DNA of 46,317 nucleotides from NCBI RefSeq assembly GCF_001194135.2, contig NC_068988.1:65041476-65087792 (forward strand). The letters are read 5' to 3'. The notes beneath the pieces were generated by a model that saw only the letters and a program-made list of their open reading frames with translations, was not told the DNA's origin and made no database searches. Below are positions 1-10,494 of this stretch, piece after piece. The DNA comes from Octopus bimaculoides (taxonomy: Eukaryota). The first letter of the stretch is position 1. Each line of letters opens with the position of its first letter. Position numbers and translations under genes: made by a program.

Positions 1-40
<40 letters not shown>
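1..40. repeat. (GT)n microsatellite just downstream of the actin-like stop codon
   Basis: Direct read. Many further (GT)n/(CA)n, (TA)n, (GA)n, (GAT)n and (TTA)n tracts occur throughout, e.g. 4440-4487, 7615-7685, 13680-13740, 19270-19375, 20520-20595, 29935-30003, 40985-41050. Confidence 0.98.
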
Positions 41-43
<3 letters not shown>

Positions 44-136
44 TGTTTGTGTTTGCGTGCGTGTGCTTGAGGGAAAGAGAAGCGAGTGGAGAAGAGAGAA
101 AAATAAAAACGTATTTGCTATATTATTTAGTAGTTG

Positions 137-1171
137 TCAAAGAATTAAAGACAAGTTTGTAGGAGTTGATGCTTTGTGCCAAGAACACTTTCGGAGAGCA
201 GATGAAGGCCCAAACTCATAATATTCGTCTTTTCTAAGCCACATGGACCGAAATGTGTCTAAAGAGGCAACAATGGAACCGCCCATCCAGGCTGAATATT
301 TGCGAACTGGTGGAGCTGTAATGTTGATGTTTGTTATTGACAAGGCGGATAACTCTTTATGTAGGCGATCACACATGCCCGGTAGTAGAGTCGTTCCCCC
401 TGCTAAAACTATATTGGATGCCATACTTTCCTGTAATGAAGTATGACACCGTAAAATTGATTTTGCGATACTCTGTTGTAAACTCGGACAAGTAAAACCA
501 CAGCGCTCTGGTTGGAAAAGATATTCTGGAACTTTAAGTCTTTCGGGGCCAATCACAATGCTTGTATCTGTACATGGAAGTTGGTATTCCTTGTCTTCTG
601 ACGGTGGCATACTATTTTTACGTGCCTCTTCATATTTCATTATTGAACAATATTTTTCTTTTATGTGCCGCACAGTTGTTCTGTAGTTCTCTGGAGATTG
701 ACGTAGTGCTGGAATGGCTTCTCCTTGTAAAGCACGCCCCAGCTGTTCTGTGAGATCGCAGCCAGCCATAGGAAATCTGACTATAGCTTCATTGCATGGA
801 TAACCATCAAAGACGGGGACTATGTGGGTCGTTCCCTCACCAGCATCTAAAACGATACCTGACCAATGTCCAGATCCGTAAAGAGCTAGCACTGGCTGTA
901 ATAGTAAATATAAGGCTGGAACATCAAATGTTTCAAATAAAATCTCGGCTAATTTCTCACGATTCTGAGGTCCGAAGAAAGGAGTCTCGCTAAGCAATAC
1001 TGGTTGGGTATCTGAGGAAACCCCCAGTCGTTCAAAACACTGATGCCAGACATACTCCATCGTATCCCAGTTAGTTATAACGCCACGCTGCACTGGATTG
1101 CTACATACCACATGTTCAGCACTTGATGGGAAAAGTGGAGATTCACGGCCTTTCCGGGAAAACGTACCCAA
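137..1171 (-). CDS. Last coding exon of a divergent actin-like (actin-related) protein, 344 aa to stop
   Basis: Open frame colinear with actin: NPVQRGVITNWD (actin YPIEHGIVTNWD), LLSETP..NREKL, FETFDVPALY..QPVLALY, DAGEGTTHIVP, IKEKYC, NIVLAGGTTLLPG, RKYSAWMGGSIVASL..W..K.EY.E.GP...RKC. The ORF-track start TTG at 1171 is preceded on the minus strand by a pyrimidine tract and AG (ttcttctttttgtattttcaag), so it is a phase-0 exon start, not an initiator. Confidence 0.93.
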   Translation of the reverse strand: MGTFSRKGRESPLFPSSAEHVVCSNPVQRGVITNWDTMEYVWHQCFERLGVSSDTQPVLLSETPFFGPQNREKLAEILFETFDVPALYLLLQPVLALYGSGHWSGIVLDAGEGTTHIVPVFDGYPCNEAIVRFPMAGCDLTEQLGRALQGEAIPALRQSPENYRTTVRHIKEKYCSIMKYEEARKNSMPPSEDKEYQLPCTDTSIVIGPERLKVPEYLFQPERCGFTCPSLQQSIAKSILRCHTSLQESMASNIVLAGGTTLLPGMCDRLHKELSALSITNINITAPPVRKYSAWMGGSIVASLDTFRSMWLRKDEYYEFGPSSALRKCSWHKASTPTNLSLIL

Positions 1172-1925
1172 CTTGAAAATACAAAAAGAAGAATAAGAAA
1201 GAAATTAGAATTATTCAAAATTTTGAACCATATAAAATTATGATTACACAAATTTTAAAATATAAAATAGGATACAGATACAACACCAACTTTCCGGACA
1301 CTAAATGGCCCAGAAATTTTTATATTCTGCACTAATTTTCACCAATGTACAAATACCTGTATTTCATTTAATTATTGAAGTAAATTAAATTTTTTTTAAA
1401 TTTACAGTGTTTCATAAAAAATTACCCCTGGTTCATAAAAATCAGTAAGCACAGGCATGGCTGTGTGGTAAGAAGTTAGGCACAGGTGTGGCTGTTTGCT
1501 TCCCAACTACAACATTTTGGGTTCACTCCCATTGCATGGCAGGTGACTGTATGCATGTACAGGTGAGTGTGTGCACACACAGTCATGTCCAAGATGTAAC
1601 AAGTTTAGTAATAAAATGCTTTTAAGTGGGTAAGAGCTAAGTTTTATAGATATTTTGTATTTTATTTATTGAGCTAAGACAGCTGAGGAATAAACAGAGA
1701 CCACAACTATCCCTCACAACTCTTGAACTTTAGATCATGTTATATATTATGTTATTGCATAGTCTGAACTTAATTACATTGGATATTTGAGAAATGGAAT
1801 TAACATTAAACTCGATACTCGATACCCGACTGCAGCCACGCTGGAGCACTGTGTTGAAGGGTCTTAGTCAAATAAATTGACCCCAGGATTTTTATTTTTT
1901 TTAACCTTGTACTTATTCTATCGGC

Positions 1926-2272
1926 AATATCCAGCAACAGATCTAAGGGATATTCAGATATAGGCAGCAACAGATCTAAGGGATATCCAGCTATAGGCAG
2001 CAACAGATCTGAGGGATATCCAGTTATAGGCAGCAACAGATCTGAAGGATATCCAGCTATAAACAGTAACAAATCTGAGTGATATTCAGCTATTGGCAGC
2101 AACAGCTGTGCAATAGCCAGCCATGGGCAGTAATAGAGCTGTGTAATATCTAGCAATAAGCAACAATGGATCTGCAGAATAAAACAGACCCTGGCAATAT
2201 TCAGCTATAAACAACAACAGTTCTGTTGAATATACAGCAACAAATCTGTGCAATATCCAGATATAGGCAGCA
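1926..2272. repeat. 33-bp minisatellite, about 10 progressively degenerate units (consensus GATATCCAGCTATAGGCAGCAACAGATCTAAGG)
   Basis: Units read directly; the best-conserved ones are at about 1947-2080. Confidence 0.9.
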
Positions 2273-3305
2273 AGATTTCAATGGAATTGGATGGGAGTTT
2301 GTTGGATTAAGAATAGCATTCAATTCTTCATTCAGACAAAGCTCTTGAAAGCACACCAACAACCTATATAATCAAGAAGCTGGTTTTAGCTTGTTTTTCT
2401 TTTTTTTTTTTTAATCTTTTCTTCCTAAACTCAACAGAGACCAAGAGACGAACATTAGCCTTATGGATTCTTCTAATTGAAAGAAAAATATTAGAAAAAT
2501 TCTATGAGATAGGCATTGGTGCTGCTACATCAGCTGTGCATCTAAATAGTTAACTCATTAACAGCATTAAGATCTGAATATATGAAGAAATAATTAGAAC
2601 CATTTTCACAACTAAAGAGATGAAACAGTTAACTTAAGTGATTACATTTCATATGCAGCTACCTCCTGCATTATTAAAGCATTGCATTCCTGACAATCTT
2701 GCTATATGGAATATCTTATTGCAAAACTTATTTTTCTCATTAACCCTTTGCCTGTCTTGTGTATCATGTGATACACAGCACATATTTCCGTGGTATCCGT
2801 GCATCATATTTGATATCACATTCCCAATTTTTTTCCAACCATCAGAGTAACTTGAGACTTATGAAAGGAAAGCTTTATATTATTCAGAATGTATGAATCA
2901 AAGGCTAACTAAAAATCTGAAAACAACCATGGACATTTAGGATAAACTTATGAAAATGCTTTGGAGAGCAAAGGGTTACCTTCTATGATATTTATCATGA
3001 AAGGCAAGGGGAAAATAGATTCCATGTTACAGAATTCCATATTACAGCAAGATTTTCAGAAATGCAATGCTTCCATAATCTGGAGGACAGCTATAGTTTA
3101 TAACAGTTGAGTTTTATAGAAGAGCTATAAATGACTGAATAAAACTCTATCATAGTACTAGAATATATTTTGAACCTAGGTGGCAAATTACAATTTTAAT
3201 TCAGAACATAGAGGGATGTAAATTATTTTGTTACATGTGTGTGCATACGTGTGTGCCTGGCTCCTGTGCGATTGGCACGTAAAATACACCATTTTGAGCA
3301 TGGCC

Positions 3306-3440
3306 GTTGTAATATCAATATCATAACTCCTTAATTCCTCTGCTAAAAGAACATCCCTTCTTTCCAGCTGATTTTCACTTCTTGAGTCAAGGTGCAAATA
3401 CTGACAACCAAACTTCAGATTCATGCTGGCAACGTTTTTG
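3306..3440 (-). mobile_element. Degenerate N-terminal fragment of an RTE-clade LINE endonuclease
   Basis: LDSRSENQLERRDVLLAEELRSYDIDI resembles the RTE APE start (..RPERRTAL.A.EL.RY.IDIAAL). Confidence 0.5.
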
Positions 3441-4440
3441 CATTTTTTTTTTTTTAGTTATTGCTGCTTTTCTTCTCTTTATCTTTTTACCATTAAAAAC
3501 AAAAAAAAAACATCAGCTGTGGCATGCTGATCAGTTTGAAATGATGTAAGCATTTGTTAAGAGCACATTTTCTAGTTCCCTCTCACATTGCGAGTAAGCA
3601 GTGTTGTCCTTAACAAGCTACTTGGTCATGAAGTGTGATACTGAGCTACTATCGCTACCACCTTTGACCTTCAAAATAACATTATGATACACACTAGACT
3701 ACCAACATGCAGCTTTGCAGCTGCATACTTCCAGTCCAATAAATCTCTGTGTGTCATCACTCCCCAGCATCACCATTGAACTTTCAAGAACAAATTTGTC
3801 TGATAGTAATGATTCATTTCCAAGATAACTTATGCATGGGTATATTTCTAGTACATAAGGCTTGCACAGTACCATATTCACTTTTTGAATGTTGCAAAGC
3901 TTACCAGCAGCACAAATACATGAGACAACTGGCATTTACAACATTCTCAGGGTTGTTTTAGGTTTTCCCTCTCACCAAAGCATTCAAAATACTCAAGCAG
4001 ATGCACTCTCCAGTTAACAATAAAGTTCCTCCTCAAAACCACAGTACTCTTTACCTTGATGCCAATCTGTTAATATATGCCTCTACAGTTACTGGTATTC
4101 ATAAAAAAAAGCAGGACTTGTGATCAGGATTCACTACCCTAGATTTGCTGTGTTCAATTAGAAACAGGGCTACCTCATGAAGTATGTGATCTTATAAATC
4201 AAACACACATGCAGCAAGCAGTTCTTGCCATGCTGTGGAGAGGTTAGGAGTCCATCTTTTGACTTCAACACACGCTTGAACCCCAACCCACTGCCATATA
4301 AGTGATCTCTCAAAGATTTGCTTAAAATCCCTTCACACAGCACTGACTACTTTACTGAGCACTCTCCACCCTTGACTCCCAAAGTCCAAGTAGATATGAA
4401 GAGCAAAAAGCTTTACAAACTAAGTATATAAAATTACAAT

Positions 4441-4487
<47 letters not shown>

Positions 4488-5280
4488 GGAAAATGAAGAA
4501 TAACACAAACTTTTAACCCTTTTTTTAAACCTAACACAACTTTCAATTCTCATGCATCCTTATTTTTCCAACCATTATATACATGAACTACCATTGAACT
4601 TCAAAAGCTCAAAGACAATATAATGTATTGGTATATTTATTTTTTTATATATTATTTTTTTTATATATCATTTTCTTCATTTTGTACNNNNNNNNNNNNN
4701 NNNNNNNNNNNNNNNNNNNNNNNNNNNNNNNNNNNNNNNNNNNNNNNNNNNNNNNNNNNNNNNNNNNNNNNNNNNNNNNNNNNNNNNNNNNNNNNNNNNN
4801 NNNNNNNNNNNNNNNNNNNNNNNNNNNNNNNNNNNNNNNNNNNNNNNNNNNNNNNNNNNNNNNNNNNNNNNNNNNNNNNNNNNNNNNNNNNNNNNNNNNN
4901 NNNNNNNNNNNNNNNNNNNNNNNNNNNNNNNNNNNNNNNNNNNNNNNNNNNNNNNNNNNNNNNNNNNNNNNNNNNNNNNNNNNNNNNNNNNNNNNNNNNN
5001 NNNNNNNNNNNNNNNNNNNNNNNNNNNNNNNNNNNNNNNNNNNNNNNNNNNNNNNNNNNNNNNNNNNNNNNNNNNNNNNNNNNNNNNNNNNNNNNNNNNN
5101 NNNNNNNNNNNNNNNNNNNNNNNNNNNNNNNNNNNNNNNNNNNNNNNNNNNNNNNNNNNNNNNNNNTATATATATATACATATACATATATATATATATA
5201 TACATATATTCACCAGTCCTCAGTCAAATCGTCCAACCCATGCTAGCATGGAAAGCGGACGTTAAACGATGATGATGATG

Positions 5281-5315
<35 letters not shown>

Positions 5316-5911
5316 TATATACTTGTATATGTGCATATGTATGTGTGTGTGATACACATATACACATATATCTATACATACAAATATTCATACACACACA
5401 CACAAATTTGCATGCACACACACACACACACACATACATACATACATAGGAGGTAATAATTAACAGACTTTTCACTCCAGGTAGTTATATTCAATTGCAA
5501 ATTATGAAGTCTGCCAGCAGATGTGAGTTAAATGAGTTCAAGACATCTTCTAAATGAAGTTCTTGGTGAATCTATTTTTATTATCTAAGCATGGAAACAA
5601 AAGGATGTGAGGCTAGGCATTCAGCAATTAGCTGTTGTCATGTGTGTAAAACCTTCACTACAGCTTGTCTATTATACCTACTTAAGCACTGAGTACATAT
5701 TGCATTTATTTATAATGTGAGAAATTTAACAGGAGATAACAGGGTAAAAATTAAGGGTAACATTATGTTTAGCGTAAAAAAAAAGAAAGAAAAGGTGGAT
5801 AAATTTTATTGTTAATTTTAAAATACAAAACGTGAGGATCACATTACATTTGAAATCAGACACAGGCATGTCAGCTGTAGGTACAGGCATGACTATGAAG
5901 TAAGAAGTTTG

Positions 5912-7427
5912 GGTGCTACTTTAGCGTGCGGTCTACCACAGTATCTTACTTTAGCATGCGGTCTACCACAGTATCCTGTCTACACTGTGAAATTACTTTT
6001 AGCATGAGGTCTACCTTTTCTTACCCTCTTAACCTGAGTTAATTTTAGCCATTACAATGCTGTTAAAGGATTTCTATAGACGCATATTTTTTACAGAGGA
6101 AACAGCAGTTGCATCTTTACAAGAAAGCAATCTTCTGGATACATCACAAGAAGCAGACTCTTGTCATTGATGTGGTAGCGTCATGCAAGAAAAACAAAAA
6201 TGTGACAGAAATGGAGAATACCAGCCTATATTTCACTGCCCTTGCAAAGGGTGTCACACTTCGTGTTCTATTCGGAAAGGTAACTATCTTTTTTTCATTA
6301 TACGTACATCAACAAGTTGCACTGCAATTTGAGTTTGTGTGAGATTTTAGAGCTGGTGTACTTTTTATTAATGGAGATATCTTTCGAGCGGGATCGTTTG
6401 CCAGTGCCCCCGGACTGGCTCATGTNNNNNNNNNNNNNNNNNNNNNNNNNNNNNNNNNNNNNNNNNNNNNNNNNNNNNNNNNNNNNNNNNNNNNNNNNNN
6501 NNNNNNNNNNNNNNNNNNNNNNNNNNNNNNNNNNNNNNNNNNNNNNNNNNNNNNNNNNNNNNNNNNNNNNNNNNNNNNNNNNNNNNNNNNNNNNNNNNNN
6601 NNNNNNNNNNNNNNNNNNNNNNNNNNNNNNNNNNNNNNNNNNNNNNNNNNNNNNNNNNNNNNNNNNNNNNNNNNNNNNNNNNNNNNNNNNNNNNNNNNNN
6701 NNNNNNNNNNNNNNNNNNNNNNNNNNNNNNNNNNNNNNNNNNNNNNNNNNNNNNNNNNNNNNNNNNNNNNNNNNNNNNNNNNNNNNNNNNNNNNNNNNNN
6801 NNNNNNNNNNNNNNNNNNNNNNNNNNNNNNNNNNNNNNNNNNNNNNNNNNNNNNNNNNNNNNNNNNNNNNNNNNNNNNNNNNNNNNNNNNNNNNNNNNNN
6901 NNNNNNNNNNNNNNNNNNNNNNNNNNNNNNNNNNNNNNNNNNNNNNNNNNNNNNNNNNNNNNNNNNNNNNNNNNNNNNNNNNNNNNNNNNNNNNNNNNNN
7001 NNNNNNNNNNNNNNNNNNNNNNNCATGGAAGGCAGACGTTAAACGATGATGATGATGATGATGATGATGATACCCATGAATAAAGCAGTGACTCTAACAG
7101 GAAAGTTTTCCAGTACGGTAAATGATTGGTATGATATGTGCAGAGAGGTGTGTAGAACCATTGTTTCTCATTGTCAACGGGGTAAGATGGTTGGAATAAA
7201 CAACAACCCCATTGAAATTGATGAGGCAAGATTTGCTGGTCAACAGAATTACAGTCGTAGGAGACTGCTAAATGGCAACAATGCTCCACTTGCTCAAGAA
7301 AATTACATCGATGTACAAAATAACAGGAAGCTTGGATGGATGTAGAATTGATGGTCCTGGGTCTTTACTGCAGTATATTGCATGCTAAAGTAGGATACTG
7401 CAGTACACCACACACTAGAGTAGCACC
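5912..7427 (+). mobile_element. Merlin (IS1595/ISXO2-like) DNA transposon, internally deleted and inactive
   Basis: About 60-bp imperfect TIRs starting GGTGCTACT (5912 and 7427). 8-bp TSD gaagtttg/aaagtttg. Decayed transposase from ATG 6057: Zn-ribbon CH*CG...CPCKGC, SIRKG, DWYDMCREVC, IEIDEARFAG..Y.R.R, RIDGPWVF. Confidence 0.88.
6380..7072 (+). mobile_element. RTE-X LINE 3-prime end/UTR with (GAT)n tail (family D), inserted in the Merlin ORF and spanning an N-gap
   Basis: The left end matches 32851 onward and the right end is catggaaggcagacgttaaacgatgatg. The Merlin frame rejoins as LLMEI|PMNKAV around a GATA duplication (6376-6379, 7069-7072). Confidence 0.75.
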
Positions 7428-7620
7428 AAAGTTTGCTTCTTAACTACATGCTTCTGGGTTCAAGGTGCCACACAGTGGTACCTTGTGCATGTGTCTTCTA
7501 CTGTAGCCCCAGACTGACCAAAGCCTTGTGAGTGGATTTACTGGATGGAAACTAAACTAAAAGAAGCCTGTCATGTGTGTGTGTGTGTATGTATGTGAGT
7601 GAGTGACACACGCATGTGAG

Positions 7621-7673
<53 letters not shown>

Positions 7674-7674
7674 C

Positions 7675-7880
7675 ATCATCATCATCATTTAGCGTCTGTT
7701 TTCCATGCTGGCATGGGTAAGACGGTTTGACTAGAGCTGGTAAGCTGGAGTGCTACAGCAGGCTCCAGTCTGTTCTGGCTTAGTTTCTACAGTTGGATAC
7801 CCTTCGTAATGCCAACCACTCCACAGAGTGTACTAAGTGTCTTTAACAAATCACTGGCACAGGTGTCTTTAACATGTCAT
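7675..7880 (-). mobile_element. Family D (RTE-X 3-prime UTR) copy
   Basis: catcatcatttagcgtctgttttccatgctggcatggg is the reverse complement of the family D end. Other copies: 5208-5281 +, 8240-8478 +, 21585-21760 +, 28466-28616 -, 43560-43750 -, 44740-44950 -. Confidence 0.8.
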
Positions 7881-7884
7881 CTTC

Positions 7885-8180
7885 ATGTTTGTGTTTATCC
7901 CCCACCACTGCTTGACAACCAGTGCTGGTTTGTTTACATCCCCATAACTTAACTGTTTGGCAAAAAGGGACTAGTAGAATAAGTACTAGGCTTAGCAAAC
8001 ACTCTCCCTAGACACAACAGAATATGCTTCAACACACGAAATCACATAAAAAATCTTGCAAACTAAATCCAAAAACGAAAAAAAAAAGAAGTACTGAGGT
8101 CAATTTGTTTGGCTAAACTCTTCAAAGCAGAGCGCTCCAGCATGGCCACAGCCTAATGACTGAAACAAGTAAAAGATAAA
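7885..8180 (+). mobile_element. Family A SINE 3-prime half (continuation of the 7436 copy)
   Basis: cttgacaacc...tagaataagtactaggctta...ctccagcatggccacag...tgactgaaacaagtaaaaga. Confidence 0.75.
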
Positions 8181-8694
8181 AGATATACAAGTATGTACAT
8201 ACACATGTTCATAGGTGAGTGTATGTGAGTGTGCGTGTGGTCCTGACATCATATGATAGATGTAAAATGGTTGTCACTGCCATACAAGCAGTGTCACTCA
8301 CTTTCAATATTCTGCAAGAATATGTTTGGTCATAAGGAAATACTTGCCTGCTTGGAAAATAGGTGAGGGTTGGTAACAGAAAGGGCATCCAGCTGTAGAA
8401 AAGCTGCCTCAATAAAATCCATCCAACCCATGCAAGCATGGGACAACAGATGTTAAAAACGATGATGATAATGATGACCGCATTAAATAAAAGCAGTAAC
8501 TAACAAATTTTACTTCCACTTCCCAGAACAGCTAACATTAAATATAGAAAATTAATATTTCTAAATATAATCACTCCTGACTATAACTTTATTCATACTA
8601 GTACAGGGGTTAAAACACCAGAAAAGTTATCAAGTATTTTAATACTTTTCAAGTAATCTCATTTCACTCTTCTTCCATCTTCTCATCACCTTTG

Positions 8695-9045
8695 TTGAGA
8701 TTAAGAGGACCCCCTTCAGTCATGAATGACCATGGGATTGCACCTAGAAAGTTACCCTCCGAGGCACAAGTCCATGCAAGGTTGTTTATGGAAGACCAGC
8801 AGTTGCTCAAGCATACTGGCCTTCCCTCTCCTCACCACCAATGTTATCCAAGGAAAAGGCAAAGGCCGATACAGCTTGACACCAGTAATGTCGCAACTCA
8901 TTTCTTCTACAGCTGAGTGAACTGGACCAATGTGAAATAAAGTATCTTGTTGAAGAACACAACACACAGCACAGTCCAGGAATTGAACTCACTACCTTAT
9001 GAATGTGCGCCCAACGCTCTAACCACTGAGCCATGCACCTTGTTG
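8695..9045 (-). mobile_element. tRNA-headed SINE with a CORE-like body (family E)
   Basis: The minus strand reads gtgcatggctcagtggttagagcg (A box)...gtgagttcaattcc (B box)...gtgttgtgttcttcaacaagatactttatttc...ccagttcactcagctg. Confidence 0.65.
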
Positions 9046-9247
9046 TGATTAGACCCCCAACACTAATCTCTATACCCAGTCCTTCCTTCCTAGAATGTTT
9101 GATCCTATGGAATTCCACACTGTCTCATATAGAAAATGTCTCCTGTAGGTATTGACTTACAAAAGTTTCAGAGACACATTAATGGCATCAGTCTCATCAG
9201 TATAGGTGGGCTTATGAAAGCTATGGGCACTGCTCTTTCATCTAGAT

Positions 9248-9564
9248 TGATGGTTGTCAACCATTTTTACATATATCCGCTTTGATTACAATTCTATTCT
9301 GGTGGACACCCATAGTCAATTGAAGTTGAAAAATTAGTTTTATAGAAACCTCTTTCAAAATTCCTATTTTGATTTTCACACATTAATTTGTGTACATTGA
9401 ACTATGTAAAGTTAGAGAAAGAAACCTAATTGCTTCTTACAATAAATGCATCTGAATCAGAATTTTTCATGAACCCTTAAAATACTACTTGTGGATCCCC
9501 AGTTTACTATTTTGTTTATGAAGATCCCCAAAAATCTTATCTGGACCCCAGTTGAGAACTACTG
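9248..9564. mobile_element. hAT (Charlie-like) MITE, older copy, 49 bp inside the actin intron donor
   Basis: Homologous along its length to 18544-18833, with degenerate TIRs (tgatggttgtcaacc / gttgagaactactg). Confidence 0.7.
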
Positions 9565-9613
9565 GTCCATACCCAACAAGTAAAACTAAAATCTCATTCA
9601 ATAAGAAACTCAC

Positions 9614-9794
9614 CTGTTGCTGAAGTTCTGCTGTGCATGTTGGGAAAACATCCCTGGGTAAGTCTTCACCAGAGAAGCCAATTTTACAAGTGCCTGTACC
9701 ACAGTCAAAAACCACAGGTACACCATCATTGTTGTAACGTTTACGAGAAACTGGAGATGTTTCGTAGCATGTCTGTACATGAGACTCTTCTTTC
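9614..9794 (-). CDS. Internal coding exon (181 nt) of the same actin-like gene, carrying the phosphate-1 loop
   Basis: Encodes KEESHVQTCYETSPVSRKRYNNDGVPVVFDCGTGTCKIGFSGEDLPRDVFPTCTAELQQQ (actin [26 protein letters not shown]). Acceptor tttttcttttctgcag ends at 9795; donor CAG|GTGAG starts at 9613. The phase-0 end matches the phase-0 start of exon 137-1171. Confidence 0.9.
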
Positions 9795-9939
9795 CTGCAG
9801 AAAAGAAAAACATTGTTAACAAAATCATTAATTATCCCCAAAATTAATTATGGAAAAAAAACAAAAAACATAAGATGTACAATTTAAAGAACATATATAT
9901 ATATATATATCAGTGGTGTGTGTATGATGAATTTGGACT

Positions 9940-10320
9940 GAAAATCAGTTTTAGGAAGACCATAGTCAATGCTACAACCAGCACCAGATAAGCTATATAT
10001 CCCACCATCGATATGCATCAAGGGTAAAAAGTTAGAAGTCGTAGATACCTTTGTCTACCTTGGCAGCACATAATCTAGATTTAACACATTTGATGAGGCA
10101 ATCAGTTATAGACTTTCTGAGGCCTGAGGAGCACTTGGAAAGTTTGAATCAAGGCTCTGGTTGCAATCAGACTTCAAACCAGCAATGAAAGATGACGCCT
10201 GTCAAGCATATGACTTAACAGCATTGTTGTATAGATACGAAACCTGAACAACCTACTGCAAGCACATCCAACATTTTGAGCAATTCTATCCGTGCTGTTT
10301 GGATAATATCCTGAAGATCT
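9940..10320 (+). mobile_element. RTE-clade LINE fragment (post-RT region)
   Basis: KGKKLEVVDTFVYLGSTISR...LGKFESRLW...LTALLY.YE, the typical RTE/BovB LE.V..F.YLGS block, with stops and frameshifts. Confidence 0.8.
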
Positions 10321-10494
10321 TATGTGGCTGATACAACAATACTGTGTAGCCTCAAGGTACAAGGAAATGAATGTAAATAAAGTGGTAGAGGATTGGACAA
10401 AGTGCATGAGCAAGGAGTTTGTGAGAGTACAAAGGGGGACAGGAAAGAGCAGGGGAAGCGCAGTGAGTGATACATATATACATGCATACATGCA

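Larger units (their letters stand above)
5884..7575 (+). mobile_element. tRNA-derived SINE (family A) split by the Merlin insertion (5884-5911 and 7436-7575)
   Basis: caggcatgactatgaagtaagaagtttg rejoins cttcttaactacatgcttctgggttcaa to give the family A head seen intact at 35082. Confidence 0.75.
1172..9613 (-). other. 8442-bp GT-AG intron of the actin-like gene
   Basis: GTGAG at 9613 and AAG at 1172. The spliced protein aligns to actin with no missing block, so no extra exon is needed. Confidence 0.85.

Noticed and set aside
137-1171. Intronless actin retrocopy starting at TTG 1171
   Set aside because: The missing N-terminal lobe is present 8.4 kb upstream with canonical phase-matched splice sites, and the frame is intact.
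1926-2272. CRISPR-like array
   Set aside because: The units are contiguous without unique spacers, and the context is eukaryotic.
9610-9828. Alternative frame open across the whole first actin exon
   Set aside because: No recognisable product; open shifted frames of this length are common over coding exons.
9485-9841. ORF-track protein MGIIND... as the true N-terminus
   Set aside because: The start is TTG in intronic sequence, and a strong acceptor ends at 9795.
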